Assembly: GCA_050575255.1 (NCBI GenBank)
Contig: JBNZDD010013683.1
Coordinates: 1,959,455-2,023,454 of the forward strand
Length of the DNA stretch: 64,000 bases
Direction of reading: 5' to 3'
From: Harriotta raleighana
Lineage: Eukaryota
Shown here: one piece after another, positions 1 to 13,094 of the stretch
Layout of the letters: the number at the start of each line of letters is the position of its first letter
Numbering within the stretch: position 1 is the first letter of the stretch
Position numbers and translations under genes: made by a program
Notes under the pieces: generated by a model
Told to the model about the DNA's origin: nothing
Database searches by the model: none
The model's input: only the letters and a program-made list of their open reading frames with translations

Positions 1-3000
1 AAGCATTTCTCGTCTACCTCTCTTGTGTGCCTGGTCTCGGCTGCGTGTCACTTGATGTTAGAGTGCAAAGCAAATGCTTCAGGACAACTTGCAGCAACCT
101 TTATAAATGAGTCGATAATTTATTGGAATCCAACAATCTAATTGGCTGGTTGAGGGGCACTCATTTCTGCTGGTGTACAGCGCTATGTTCTGAGAACATA
201 TTTGTAGTGCTGGTAGCCAGCTTGTACCAGGGACCTATTTATTATTCAAACATTCGGTTTAATTAGTTTCTGTGTCTCCTCCTCATCCAGCCTACAACTG
301 TGTGCAGCTGAGCCTCAAGCCATGTTAATACTAGGGATTATGTATTGTTGAATTATTTAATAAGCAAAGTAAAGTAAAAGTGCAGAAAATAGTAAGGGGT
401 GGGGGAGTGCGGAGGGGAGGAGACAAGTACTGGTCTGATTTCATAGTTCAGTCATGACAGTCTCAAACAATGATATATACTGTACACAACCGTTCAAAGT
501 ACCTGCAATTTAATTTCAGAAGCTTATATGAAAAGACTTCTCTCAGTGGAGTCATCTGTCTGCTGTAGTTGGATTGAAGGTAGCCTTTGGCCGATATGAT
601 ATACCCTCCTCTGTGCCCTACTTGCTAAAGATTTCAATTCTGCAACTTCTATTGAAGGGAATTGATCAGATTAGAATCGGCCTTTGTGCAGCCAAATTGT
701 GCACTCGACTCACTTTGAACTACCGTCTCTCATTGTCCCATCTCCCCCTGGATTGTGTCCGTGTTTCTTCATTGTTTGTGAGCTTTGTCTCTCATTTTGT
801 GTTGACAAGGATAGGTAGTTCTTTTGACCCCGTACTCAGGAGAGGAACAGGGCTAGGGAAGAAATCGGGGAGGACAAACCCCTTTTTATTTATCCCCGGC
901 TGGAGTGTAGGACTTTCTTCCAAATTCACGAGAGTTACAATGAATCCTGGGGAGAGGAAATTAATGTGCGTATGTTAATATATATAACATATGTGTTGGC
1001 AGGCTGACTCAACTGTGTAAGCAGTTGTGTTCGCTAAGTGGGCTTGTTCGGGTGGGTTCTGTTGATTGGGAACAACAGTGACTGAAGCAACAACCTGAAT
1101 AGTTAGTTCCCCATTGCGACTGCCATCATTTTCTGGCTTCAGATAATCCAACGCAGCTGGCTAATCAATAATGGGAAGAAACCTATCTGTGGGTAGTCCT
1201 TTGTCCATTTCCCCCAAGTTAATTAGCCTCAGAAGTGGCTGAAGGATCTCCTGAAAATTGTTACTTCTGCGTAGTGAGTTTTTTTTCTGAAGCAACGGGT
1301 TGCAAGGAAAGAATGAGTTAGGTGGGTATTCACACTGCACACAAGCCAGTAGTTTTCAGAGCATGACACGTTCAATCAAACCAGACATGATCGGACATGA
1401 ATTTTTTAACTGAGTTTGTGGTGCTTTTCTGTTGAATTTAATTTGATCTGAGCATCTCATTCCTGTCTTCATTCCAATCATTTTTATTTCCATTGTTGAA
1501 TTTTTCTTTGTACGTTATGTCCCAGGGTGACACCAGTCCTTTCAGTCAGTGGGCATGATATTGTTTCTCTTCCCCTGTTAATTGTAGCTTTGTATCTGTG
1601 CCTCACAGAACAAAAGATGCCAAAAGCCTTTGCTTCCTGAAAAGGAATCTTATTACAGGAGTTTCTGATGGCAGAGATACGTTGGGAAAGTAATTACATG
1701 TGTTAAATGTTTGTCATCATCTTGTTTATTGAATGTGTGACAGATTTCTAAATGGTCAAAGCTTAATTTACACCAAGATTATTAATTAAAATGTTATCAG
1801 ATGCAGAGGATTGACATAACAAAGCAGGTACCATTTCCAATCCAGTTTAACATGTCTGCACATGTTTAGATATATTTGTCACTTCAAAGGAGCTATTTTA
1901 CAGTCGAGTTCTTTGTACCAAAATATGCAGCATTTTGAAAGCACATTACACTATTTTATTCCAAAAATTAGCTGATAATCCTCATTGACCCTTTGATGAG
2001 TTTGCCAATAATTTTTGCACGAGTAGCTGTTCAGTAATCTTCATAGTCTGACCTGTAAGTGCTGCAAACAAAAAGTACAGGCTCTATAAAGTCTGTACCA
2101 TTCACTTCATAAAATGCGTTAGAAAATATTTTATTTGTTTGAAAAGAAATGGTAAGGTGTATATGTTTAAATGCAAATAAATTGGTACTCGAATTAAAGG
2201 TTTGGTGAAAGTTGAAGGTGGGCCATAATTTGTTTTGCAGCTTCAATGTCATTCGCACAATGTGAGGGCCAGTTGATTCATTTGTATCTTGCCTTACATA
2301 TGCAACAAGCATTCGCCCCTAGACTGATGAATGGTGATAAAGCTGTTGTAAGAAGATTGCACTCCCGTCACCTATTCTGATAAGGGCCTGTCTTCATTCT
2401 TTCCATCATTACATCGGATCTCACCAGTTTAGGGGGTTGGTTTGTAATCCTAACATTTAACAAGCCACCAAAAATGTCAGGAAACCTAAAAACTTACTGA
2501 CTCCTTGCTGGATAGCCGAGGGGGATGTGATTGACCAAGCTATGTATTGTGAGTTGATTTAAGCACAGAAGTAGTTGGTAAGTTAATGTTCTGCCACGCG
2601 GCTGATCGGCTCACAGTCACTCAACCATAAATAAAATGATAGTTGCAACGCGACCGCCTTTTGGATCCTTTGTTTTGGTGCTTAGTATCGCATAACAGTT
2701 TTGATTTTGTTTTCTTCAAGGCCATATCGTTTCCCAATGGCAAGATTGACCCAGTTAAAGGTGCAAAAAAATCTGCTACTGCCAGAAATAGCCATCCTTT
2801 CATTTTCTTGAATTACTGCTGAGGCGGTGAAATGTTATCTTTGTTTTGAATAAGTGTTGGCATGGTAACCGTTCCAAAATCACGCAAATGGAGCTGATTT
2901 TTCTTGACGTTTCCACTTTGCTGTTTATCATATCAAATTGTTGAATAATTATTGATTTTCCAAGATGGATTATGAATTTGAAATGATAGTCTTACTTTTA

Positions 3001-3267
3001 TCACGAAAACCCTTTTTGTTCAACATTTGGACTGGCTCACATCTAACGTCCGAATTATGATAAGATTCCAAAATGCTGCCTGTTGTTCTTGCTTTGTTGC
3101 TTTGAGCAGAGATGGGAATGGGAACGAAGGCTCATGCAGATTTTTTTCACTTTTACAATTCCATTAAGGACCATCTATTCAAAAATCTTTGCTTAAAATG
3201 ACAAGGCTAAGCTGCTTAGATAGCCTAATAGGTGATGAATCCCCACCTCTCTGACCCACCACCTGTT

Positions 3268-3400
3268 ACCTCTACTTGACTGGCTCTGGTCTCCTCCTCG
3301 TCCCTTGTATCCTCCATTCCACCGTCGCTGGCAGCTACTACACCACAAATCTCTGGAATGCTCTCCCTCAATCCCTCCACCTTGCCCCATCTTCAGAGGA
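3268..3400 (+). mobile_element. L2 LINE fragment, degenerate
   Basis: CTCTGGTCTCCTC...CTCTGGAATGCTCTCCCTCAATCCCTCCACCT. Confidence 0.65.
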
Positions 3401-4164
3401 GTGGAGCTCTTCCCCCCTATTTTGCACCAGGCAACAAGACCCGTTGCCTCCCAAGTGCTATACAGAACCAGTTGGACACAAAGCTAAGCTCATCATTTCA
3501 ATGATACACTTCAACCTTGAGGAACCCTTTGTGCTGCATCAGTCTAGCATTTCTACGTGATCTTTACCAGCACCTCAATGTATCAAACATACTTGAGTAT
3601 ATTGGAAACGATTGATAAAAGTCAGAATGATTTCTCCTTGACCTTTTACAACCGTTCGTGAGAATTCCAGAGCAACCTTTTAACTCAGACTTGTGCCATC
3701 CAATTATTACCAGGAATGGTTCTGACGAACGGCTGTTTAATTGGGTTCAGGACCAGTCCTTGGCTCTGAGGTGAACTCGAGCACATTTATGTGCTTTCTC
3801 GACCAAAGTATATGCCAAATCAGATTATATTGACTGATATTATGTTCTGCGGCATGTCAGCCAAAGTTGGAGGAGGAAGAAGTTTTTATTAACCAGGTTG
3901 CGATTGGTTTTTATCAAAGCTGGTTTAAATTTTATTTCACAAGGGGCATTCAACCAGACTGAAGAGGCCCGATTACGTCTCAAAATTTCAGTTTTTCTTG
4001 TTTTTCTTTTTTTACTACCAGGTCATTTTTCCCACAAGTTGCAGCATTTAAATTTTGTGAGATCAACATTAAAGTTCTTAATGTCAACAAAAAAAGTGAC
4101 TGCGATGAAAATCTCAGACCAAAATGATAACTGACATTCCAGTGGTGTGTAGCATGTGTATACA

Positions 4165-4381
4165 GTTTCAAAGCCCATCATTTGAACAACTGTTGTCTGC
4201 AGAGTGTAATTGGAGACTACTGTATCCCAAGGTGCACTTTACCCAGTCTCCAAAACCTATCTGTGGCCATCCNGTTTCAAAGCCAATCATTTGAACAACT
4301 GTTGTCTGCAGAGTGTAATTGGAGACTACTATATCCCAAGGTGCACTTTACCCAGTCTCCAAAACCTATCTGTGGCCATCC
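4165..4381. repeat. 108-bp duplication across N4273
   Basis: 4165-4272 vs 4274-4381, two substitutions. Confidence 0.9.
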
Positions 4382-7011
4382 ATGCACAATAAGATGTTTA
4401 TCGTGGCTGGCGATTAATGATTACATTTGACACTTTATTCTTGCCTTTGTTGTAAAGAGATAGTTCACTCCCTCTCATTACACTGATGAGTAAGACTGAT
4501 GTTGTTTAGATAACCTTCACTCCCACTTAAGTCATCTGCAGCTACTGTCTTTTACTCAATGATATATTCAGGCCAGTTGCATCGTGCCTCAGAAAGTGCT
4601 TCATTCTTGCATTTAAGAACAGGCAAACTGTCAATGATTTGACACACACTCCAGCTCTACAGTGAACTTATTGGTATCAAGAACCCCTAAAGTCATTTGA
4701 TCAACATTTCCTTCTTCAGCTCCCCAATGACTCAACGGATAGATCCTCTGCTTGTTGTTGATGGTTCAAATTTACTGTAAAGAAAGGCTCTCAGAATTGG
4801 CTAATGACTGCTTTGCCACTAGAGTTTTCCCCAGAGTTCATGCTAGGGAAATTAGTCCAGAAATTGTACCTTGACATGAGTCAAGTACCTTGAAGGTCTT
4901 TAAGGGAAACAGACAAAAATGGGGCAAGGCGACTAAATGATGAAGGACTTGCTATCCTGAGGCAGTTGAGTGCTTCATCTGAGAATGCAGAAAAACTGGT
5001 CAGACTTGGGAAATACACATCTTCTGTCAGCAGTAGTGTGACATGTGGCACTGGTTAAAATGTCTGGACATTACCAGCTTGGGTTGAAAGAGGAAATGCA
5101 GCCATGAGGAGCAATAATGTGGGGAACCCTATAGGGTCAGAAGCCTTGCACCTGAATTAACAGCTGCCGATTTCAAGTGGATATTTTGTCAGTTTGTCAA
5201 AACCAGCAAGGCTGTAATTAGATTAAAGATGCCTGAATTAGACGAAACTATTGTAACCACAGATGCGGCTTTGGCAGTGTAGTGCAAGTGCCTCTTCAAA
5301 ACAACAGTCAGAATGCTATCTAATATTGCTCTTTTAATGTACACTTGGGATGACTTTGAAAAGAAAGTGCATATTTTTTGGCAGGATTGCCCTCTTTCAA
5401 CATTACGTCTCGAAAGTGATTGCGGCTAGCTCTGTTTCTCTTTTCGCTGCCATCTAAAATCCAACTTTGTACTTGAAACCATGGTTGGAGCCATTTCCAA
5501 CTAGGCTGTGTTTAACAGGAGGGACTATATTTTCCTTTGGGCATGCGTGGTGCATTTTGGCCAATGGTGGACTTTAGTCTGGGTTAAAACTGGTCAGATG
5601 AGGAAAGTTAGATGAAATTCAGGAATGATTGAGGCCTATGATTTAGAGGTAACGAACAGACGGACATGATTTGATGTACATCTCAGTGTACCTCACATGG
5701 GGTACAATCCATGTTTGGTTTTCCTCTCCCATTTGCCAGATTAAGATTCTCTAAAACAGTATAATAGACTCTTAAGAAAAGCCTGTGATTTCAGGGGACT
5801 TTTTGCTAAATAACTAAATAAGATTAAGGTGCAATCAGCGAAAGACTTAACCTGGTTAAGTAGAAATCTTGCCACTTGCCCCCAAACTGTAGGATCTCAA
5901 AGAGAAACCATAATTAGTGTGCATTACATTATCACTTCCCTTTTCCACTGTAGTAAGAACACCTATAATGTCCACCTGGTTTGACCGAAATGTCAGCATT
6001 CTGGCCTAATATTCATCAGTGACTTGTAGTTACTAGAGTTTGTTTTGGGGTGGGGGAAAGGATGACTTATTGTTTCCTGTCAGTGGGAATGCCTATTCGG
6101 GTTCATACTCAATGTTAGATCCTGCAAGGTTTGCATTCAAAATACAGAAGCATGAAAATATGCATATATTCTGCGGAATTCAGTCGTATCCATTTTTTCC
6201 CCAAGTCTCTATTTTCTGGTGATCTGGTTCAGGCATTCTTGTTGTAGGTAATGACATCCCTCCAATCTTTTGTTACTCTACTCCACTGTAATCCTGTTCT
6301 GTGCCAAAGTTGTCATGTAAAGAGCGAGACTTGAAATGAAGACCGATTGCAAACCTATTTCAACGAATGCAGCTATACATTTTAAAGAGTAAGATGCATT
6401 GAAATTGCTTACAATTGTAAACCAAAATGAGTAAATCTCACTTTGAATAAGTGCAAGTTGACAGGCTTGATATATTCAAATGGTTACGCTGTGCCAGTTG
6501 AACAACCTGTGTACTCAGTTATGGAATAATACAGTCTGAATGAATGAAATCATTTCATATGACCAGAAGCATTGGCTGCCTGGCTGAGCAATATAAAAAA
6601 TGTGTGTTAAAATATTATTTTGGTGCCACAATAATCCTCCCAAACTTTTTGACCAGACAACTTTCATTTTTTGTCATCTTACTGCATCCAAGTATGAAGT
6701 AGGTGAAAGAAACTCTACTTCTTTCAACTCGTTCTTAGCTTTGAAATAGAAGAGCATTAAACACCTGCAGAATCTACTGTACTATACTGTACAGTACTGT
6801 AATTCAAACACTTGAAAGTAAATTGATATTTTGTGTGTATTTAACCCCAAAAAAGTAGCAGGTGATCCCTGGATCATTGGAAACAAATGAAATAAAATCT
6901 TTAAAGCTGCTATGATGGGGGTAAAATGTAACTATTTAGACAGCTGCATATCTCAAGCAAAATAGAAAAGATCTGGAAAGATTCAGTTGTCTATGAAGCA
7001 AGTACTAAACA

Positions 7012-7148
7012 AATAATAATAATAATCATCCCATTTGATATAGCATCTTGTCACATCTCCGAGACATCCCACAGAACTTTGCAGAATATACAGTACTGTA
7101 AAGTGTTTCAATTGACTGTATATATTGCAGGCAAAATGATTAGCAATC
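7012..7148 (-). mobile_element. SINE family A, 3' fragment
   Basis: (AAT)n then CATTTGATATAGC...CAGAATATAC...ATTGACTGTATA. Confidence 0.8.
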
Positions 7149-7234
7149 CCATTTTGACGCATTCAATGGAAATGATGTTTTTTCTGATGGAATGTACTGT
7201 ACTCTGAGCTTGTCGAAATGATTCACATTTATAG

Positions 7235-7447
<213 letters not shown>

Positions 7448-7587
7448 TGACAAGCGACGTAGTAGAAACTGATATCCAGGCCTCCATGCACACACATCTC
7501 TCTTTTTATGATTCAATGTTGTTTGATCCCTGAATTTTAATAGTATTGTGTTGGATTCAATTGCTGTAGGTGTTGAGGGACAAAATA

Positions 7588-7845
7588 CAGGTAGACTTTG
7601 CTTAACGTTGTTTTGGTCAATGCTATTTCGTTATTACGTTGCGGAAACATAGCGGAACATATATCGATTAAATCTTGCAACATTCACTATTATGTTGTTT
7701 GCGCCAGTGGAAACAAACTACTTTGGGTAGCGTAGGTGTATACAGACGCTGAATGTCCAGTATTCTTGCGTGCGTTTCCTTAACATCGTTTCTCTTAAAG
7801 TTGCACTTTTCGCGAATACAACTGCGACGTTAAGCGAGGACTGAG
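7588..7845. mobile_element. Second copy of the same MITE, opposite orientation, internally deleted
   Basis: TA|CAGGTAGACTTTGCTTAACGTTG; 7588-7705 matches the reverse complement of ~29478-29592; right end CGACGTTAAGCGAGG. Confidence 0.8.
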
Positions 7846-8699
7846 TTTACTGACAAGAAAAGGCAACTAACTAACTGACCCCATTGCAAAACCTTTACCA
7901 ATACTGCTCTGCAACTGGCCATTCAGAGAGAGAACAGTCTGATTTATTCATTCATTCCCTTCGTCCTTCTCAAGAAGTATCTGAGCAACTGTCCAAAGTC
8001 AGAGATTATGGCAGATCTTTTGTTCTGTTTTGAATGTTACTATATTATTAATATTTTGTCTTCATCGTAAAAATGGCCAGTTATTCATGTATAGCCAGTA
8101 AAAATGCAATTACCAATAACTGCTTTTTTGGGCAACTACTTTAGTAGTGATATTCTTTCCCCAATATCTAAAATGTTAACGAGAGCTGGCTGGATGTGGT
8201 AAACTTATTGTTGTGCAGTATTTTATGATGAAAACCCATTAAACATTTTAATAATGTAGAAGCCCTCTTTAAATTCAAGGTAGTTCTTAAGACAGTAATA
8301 AATAATGAAAAATACAAGCTGACCTAATTCCTAGTCACATGTATAAATTCTGACAGTTGATAGTCTCAGGCCTTCCCAAGGAATTAAATTAAAATGAAGC
8401 TGGTAAATTTATGATCTTTAATGGGTGTATCAACAGGACAATGAATGATTTAAGTTCCAGATTTTATGAATAGTTCAGGGAAAATGGCTTCATTTAATTA
8501 ACACAAGTGGTTTCCAAAGCCATCAAGTCTGTTTCTTTAATAAATACTAAAGGGTATGTCATTTAATAATCACTGGAATACTTGAGTGTGCTCCCTGTAC
8601 TTCTTCAGTGCTAATGGCAATGATGCCTCCATTGATAATACATGGCAAATAGAACAGGAATGAGGCAGTAAAAAAGATGCAGATTTCACATTGGACTTG

Positions 8700-9060
8700 G
8701 TGCCCCAGGAATGGCAGTCACCTGCATCTGCCAACCAGATTGTTGATGAGATGCGAAGGTTCCCAGATGGCTACCATCGCTGGGAATCCCACTTAAGAGA
8801 GGTGGTGACTGTGTGACCTTTGTGAAAAAAAAGTGCACGATTTTGCAGAGCATTGCAAGCTGCCTAATCCTATCTTCATCCGACCTACACACATATGCAC
8901 TTATCAATAGGCGTTACTTGATTGAGATCAGGAGCAGAAACAAAAATTCCTGGCTGTTTATTTTCCCTCCCTTCCTCCCTCCCCACACCCCTGTAGCTGC
9001 CCTAATGGACTGGTACTAATTCAACAAAATCCAAAAATCAAACTTGGGACCTTCCTTCCT
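8700..9060 (-). repeat. Older interspersed repeat family B
   Basis: Shares blocks with 25395-25665 and 40215-40565 (GGAAGGTCCCA, GCTCCTGATC, GTGCATATGTGTG on the minus strand). Confidence 0.55.
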
Positions 9061-9103
9061 AGCTATGTTGATTTTTTATCAAATGAACTGTCATTGGAAG
9101 TAG

Positions 9104-9460
9104 TAATAATAATAATCCTTGCATTTGATGTAGCGTGTTGTCTAGTCTTTGAGATGTCTCAAAGGGCTTCACAGAATATACTGTAAAGTGAATTGACTGT
9201 ATATTTCTAAGGGCGAAATGTGGCAGCCAATTGCACACAGCAGTGTTTCGACAAATGGTCATGGATTGAAGTGACCAATCAATTTTTTTGTAGAAATTAT
9301 TACTCCCGGAAAAGCAACTAACTACCAGGTTCCTACTTACTGCTAAGTACAGGGGCATGTGGAGTAAGGAAACTTGCCCAAAGTTTTTCCCTGCTGGGAA
9401 TTTTAATCCAGGTCTCTCGCTTGTGAAGTGAGTGCTCTAACCACTGAGCTACAGGACTCC
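9104..9460 (-). mobile_element. SINE family A, full length
   Basis: Reverse complement of the head (CTCTAACCACTGAGCTACAGGACTCC) and tail ((AAT)n CCTTGCATTTGA). Confidence 0.9.
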
Positions 9461-9684
9461 AGGTAGAAGCATTTCTACATAAAAGAATGAGTATAGATGA
9501 GGTCCCTTATGCATAGAAGCATTCTGGAGGATCTGTGCCTCTTGTTTTCTATCGACCTGATAATACTAATATCTGATATTGTTTCTCATAATAATTAGTC
9601 TGTTTATTTTTAGGGGAACACTGTGGGAGGTGGGAGAGACTTCTGCTGTGTTTTAGAAATCCAGGCAGCAACAACGCGTCTTGC

Positions 9685-9802
9685 TTATTTCACCCATAAA
9701 TATATAGTCAATTTACTTCACAGTATATTCTGTGAAGCACTTTGAGACGTCGATAAGATGTGAAAAGCGCTATATCAAATGCAAGGATTATTATATTATT
9801 AT
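9685..9802 (+). mobile_element. SINE family A, 3' fragment
   Basis: CAGTATATTCTGTGAAGCACTTTGAGACG...AAATGCAAGGATTATTAT. Confidence 0.87.
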
Positions 9803-11504
9803 GAATGCCATTCAAGGTTTTTTTTCTTTCTATTGCGCAGTCAAAACATTTCTACACATAGCTGATCCGGAAAAGTCCCCTGGAGAAGTGAAATCAATCT
9901 GTTTTGAAATGCTTTGGGCAGAGAGGTGTACTCCGATGATTCTCCGTCTAAACCTCTGAAGTAGATACGTTTGTGACTCCCAAACATAGAAGTGTTGCAC
10001 CTTTTAATTTAAAGCAAGCCGCAAGCCCCAAATGCACACTTATTGATTTGTTCTCACCCTCTGGCGAACATATTTATTCCCAACAGAAAGCAAACGTTTC
10101 TTGAAGCGTTGGATCAGAACGCCTTCAAAAGGTGTCACACATAAATTATTGAAATGTGGTTCTTCCGGCACAGACTTTCTACACAAACAAAAATAAGACA
10201 ACACTTCCAGCAAATGTACTTCAACAACAACAGTTTTGCATAGCGAAGCCTTCTCAAGGTGCTTGACTGTGCTCACTGTCAGAACCTTCAATTGAATGGG
10301 GAGACTGTGTTTGTGCAGGGCTGAGAATGATAGGACCTGCAGTCAATTACAGCCAGAGATGTTTTGTACAGGCCTGAAAATGGTAAGTGCATGTGATCAC
10401 TCACTGCTCCTGGGTGTTGTTCCGTGACCTGTTGAGTGATGCTACCATCTGTGCGAGGAAAACTCTTTGAATAGATCTCAAATGACAAGGGTAGCATCAC
10501 CTATTTTCTTTACAAACCCTCCACTTATTTTACTGCACGCTGCCAAAAGGGGGCAACTTAGTCAAATAAATGGAACAATAGATTTCAGAAGTTTTTACCT
10601 GGTTTTTCGACCCAAGACCATTGTCTTTACAATTTTTTAAATGAGCAGAATTTTGGGTAATTCTTGGATTCAGTCAAGTTTGATGCCTGCTTGCTGCAGT
10701 CCTGAAATGGACCTACAGGAAAAAACATATTGTCCTAATTTAACATTGACGTGAAGAAACAATTGCAATGTTTATGCTTAGTTTGTTTGTCTGCCTCTAG
10801 AGAAGGGAACAACAAGGCGGCCACAAGCAAGGTAGATATAGTTCCAGAGATAGGGAACTATCTCAGCATGGCAGGGATCTACAGTATTTACATGTTCAAG
10901 GCCAACTCGACAAGTGCAGATAATTAGAGGGCATCTTTCTATTCCTGATAAAAGCTCTTTGTGAAATACCTTGAAGTGGATATTGAGCTACATGTTGGTT
11001 TGAGTCCTCGGGGAAGGGAACACTGCTCTGAAATTGGATTTCCTTAGAAACTCCCAAGCACCATGCAATGCGGGCTTCAGGCTGTGTATGTGACATGAAG
11101 AAAGCTGTCATCCAAAATGAATCGTTAATAGCAGGGAGGCGCTCTTTTAATTTCTGTTCAATTTACTTAAAGAAGCTAGTTTCCTTTTGGCTTTGGTTCT
11201 GCACATGCAGGGACCAGTGTGTTAATAGCTTTTGTACGTGATCATCTTGTGTCTACACTTACATCATCGTATGTGGACACAAAGGCATTTTGTTTCCCCG
11301 CTGAAGCCTGGAATCAACACTTGAAGCTAAATAATGATGGGGAAGGTCAAAAGTTGCGCTTGATCTTCAGACAACTTGAGATCTTGGCTCATTTTCCAGC
11401 ATTCATCACATCATTTAGCTACCGACCTGTTTCACTGGGGATTCCAGCATGGATCTGGACATGCCTGGGATGTATACATTGCAAATGGATTGTCAGACTG
11501 TATC

Positions 11505-11585
11505 ATGAGCTCAAGTCCTGACATGGGGCTTGAACCCACAAGCTTGTGACCCAAGCTGTGAGAGTCCTACGAACTGAGTCAAGCT
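11505..11585 (-). mobile_element. tRNA-like SINE head fragment
   Basis: Minus strand GACTCAGTTCGTAG...GTGGGTTCAAGCCCCATGTCAGGACTTGA, with A/B-box-like motifs. Confidence 0.55.
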
Positions 11586-13094
11586 CTATATTTAACTGCG
11601 GTTATGTGGGGAAGGGGGAACTTTGTCTAAATTGGTGTATTATATTATACTTAATTTCACACAGCTTTAAAAAGAAATTCACCACTACTGTAATTCATTC
11701 CATGCTTCGTGCTCTCATAATGACAAGACCATTGGAGCATTTAGTTAGTGACTGTCACTGTTTGACATTAATTTAGATCTGTTGCATAGCTGGGCCCAGC
11801 AGCTTTCCTGAGTCAGTTACCCCATTGATTTCAGTCACGTTGTTTAAACAAAAATGCAGCAGTGATTTTCCTAACTCGTTGGTAATTTTAACACCAATTC
11901 TGCACCAATTTTGCTGAAACATTTGGGGCGCAAAATTTCATTCAATCTGATTGACACTGCCACCAGTTTTGACGGACAGGCAAACCTATCGATTATTGGG
12001 GAGGTTAAAATGTCAGTTTGGAAGGTATCATACCACACATCCATTGTGCTGATTTTCCAGGTAAGTATTAATCAACAAGTGTAGGATAAATTTAGGAATA
12101 TTTGTAGTCCCTTTCAAATCCATTCCTATGATTTATACTTCCTGCAGCTGAAATTTTGCGAAGTCACAAAAAGTGAACTTTGTTTCCATTGAGTTTTGCA
12201 TTCTTTCCCAGTAGCACGAACAGGAGCAACATCATACATTGGCTCAGCCCTCTATTTGCTGTTCTAAAGAGACAACAAATCTCTCGTACAAGCTCCCCAT
12301 TAACAAGAGGAATTGGGAATCTGAGTTAATGAGAGAGTGGATGGAGCCAGCAGCTGCTGCACAGTAAATGGGAACCTCTTTACATTCTGGTAACCCCTTT
12401 AAACATTGCCAAAGACAATGGTAGTGGTGACGTACTATCTTGGTATTTGTGCATTGCAACACGTGACTGCTCTTCAAGTGCTACTGCAGCTGCTGAAGCA
12501 CTGTAGAAAGCGACTTACACAAGGATTTGGCAGGGAAGAACAATGTGGCCTGTGTGATTGATCTTATTTTCAATAGGATCAGAAACCATGTTAACAGGAG
12601 TTTTGTGCTCTGGACTATACTGTTGTATCATTCATGAATATTATGAAATAACATTGCAATGTGAACCAACTCCTGAGAGCATGCTAACACAACCTATTTT
12701 TTTTTCCGGAGTGGGTAGCAGTGGGAAAGAGGATGGCCACCAGATTAATGCAAGGTTCAAAGCACACAGTTGAAATTCAGAGACATGGCGTTGTCTTACA
12801 TGAGGACTTTAACAAATAATTTGAACGCATTTCCTTGGCTACTTATTTGTTCCCTATTAATATCATTGTATTGTGAATGGACTGTCTCTTATTTCATGTC
12901 TATGTTCCCTATATTCTAGACATCTGTGGGCCTACTTGTTCCTGTTCTATTTCGGCACATTCTCCTTCCTATTGAAATGCCCATTAACAATGACTCTAGT
13001 GTTTAGGAGTAAATGATTGTTTTTTTTTTAAATGGATTTGTTTTTAAGGGTGTTGGTAGTTTTTCTGACAGTCTGGCAGCACTGTGGAGATACC

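Noticed and set aside
574-978. 134-aa ORF as a nested gene or as LRP4 exon 1
   Set aside because: TTG start, no signal-peptide or domain features, intronic composition; exon 1 is not recognisable in the window.
2324-2382. SECIS element
   Set aside because: The ATGA-to-AAA spacing is too short, the site is intronic, and LRP4 is not a selenoprotein.
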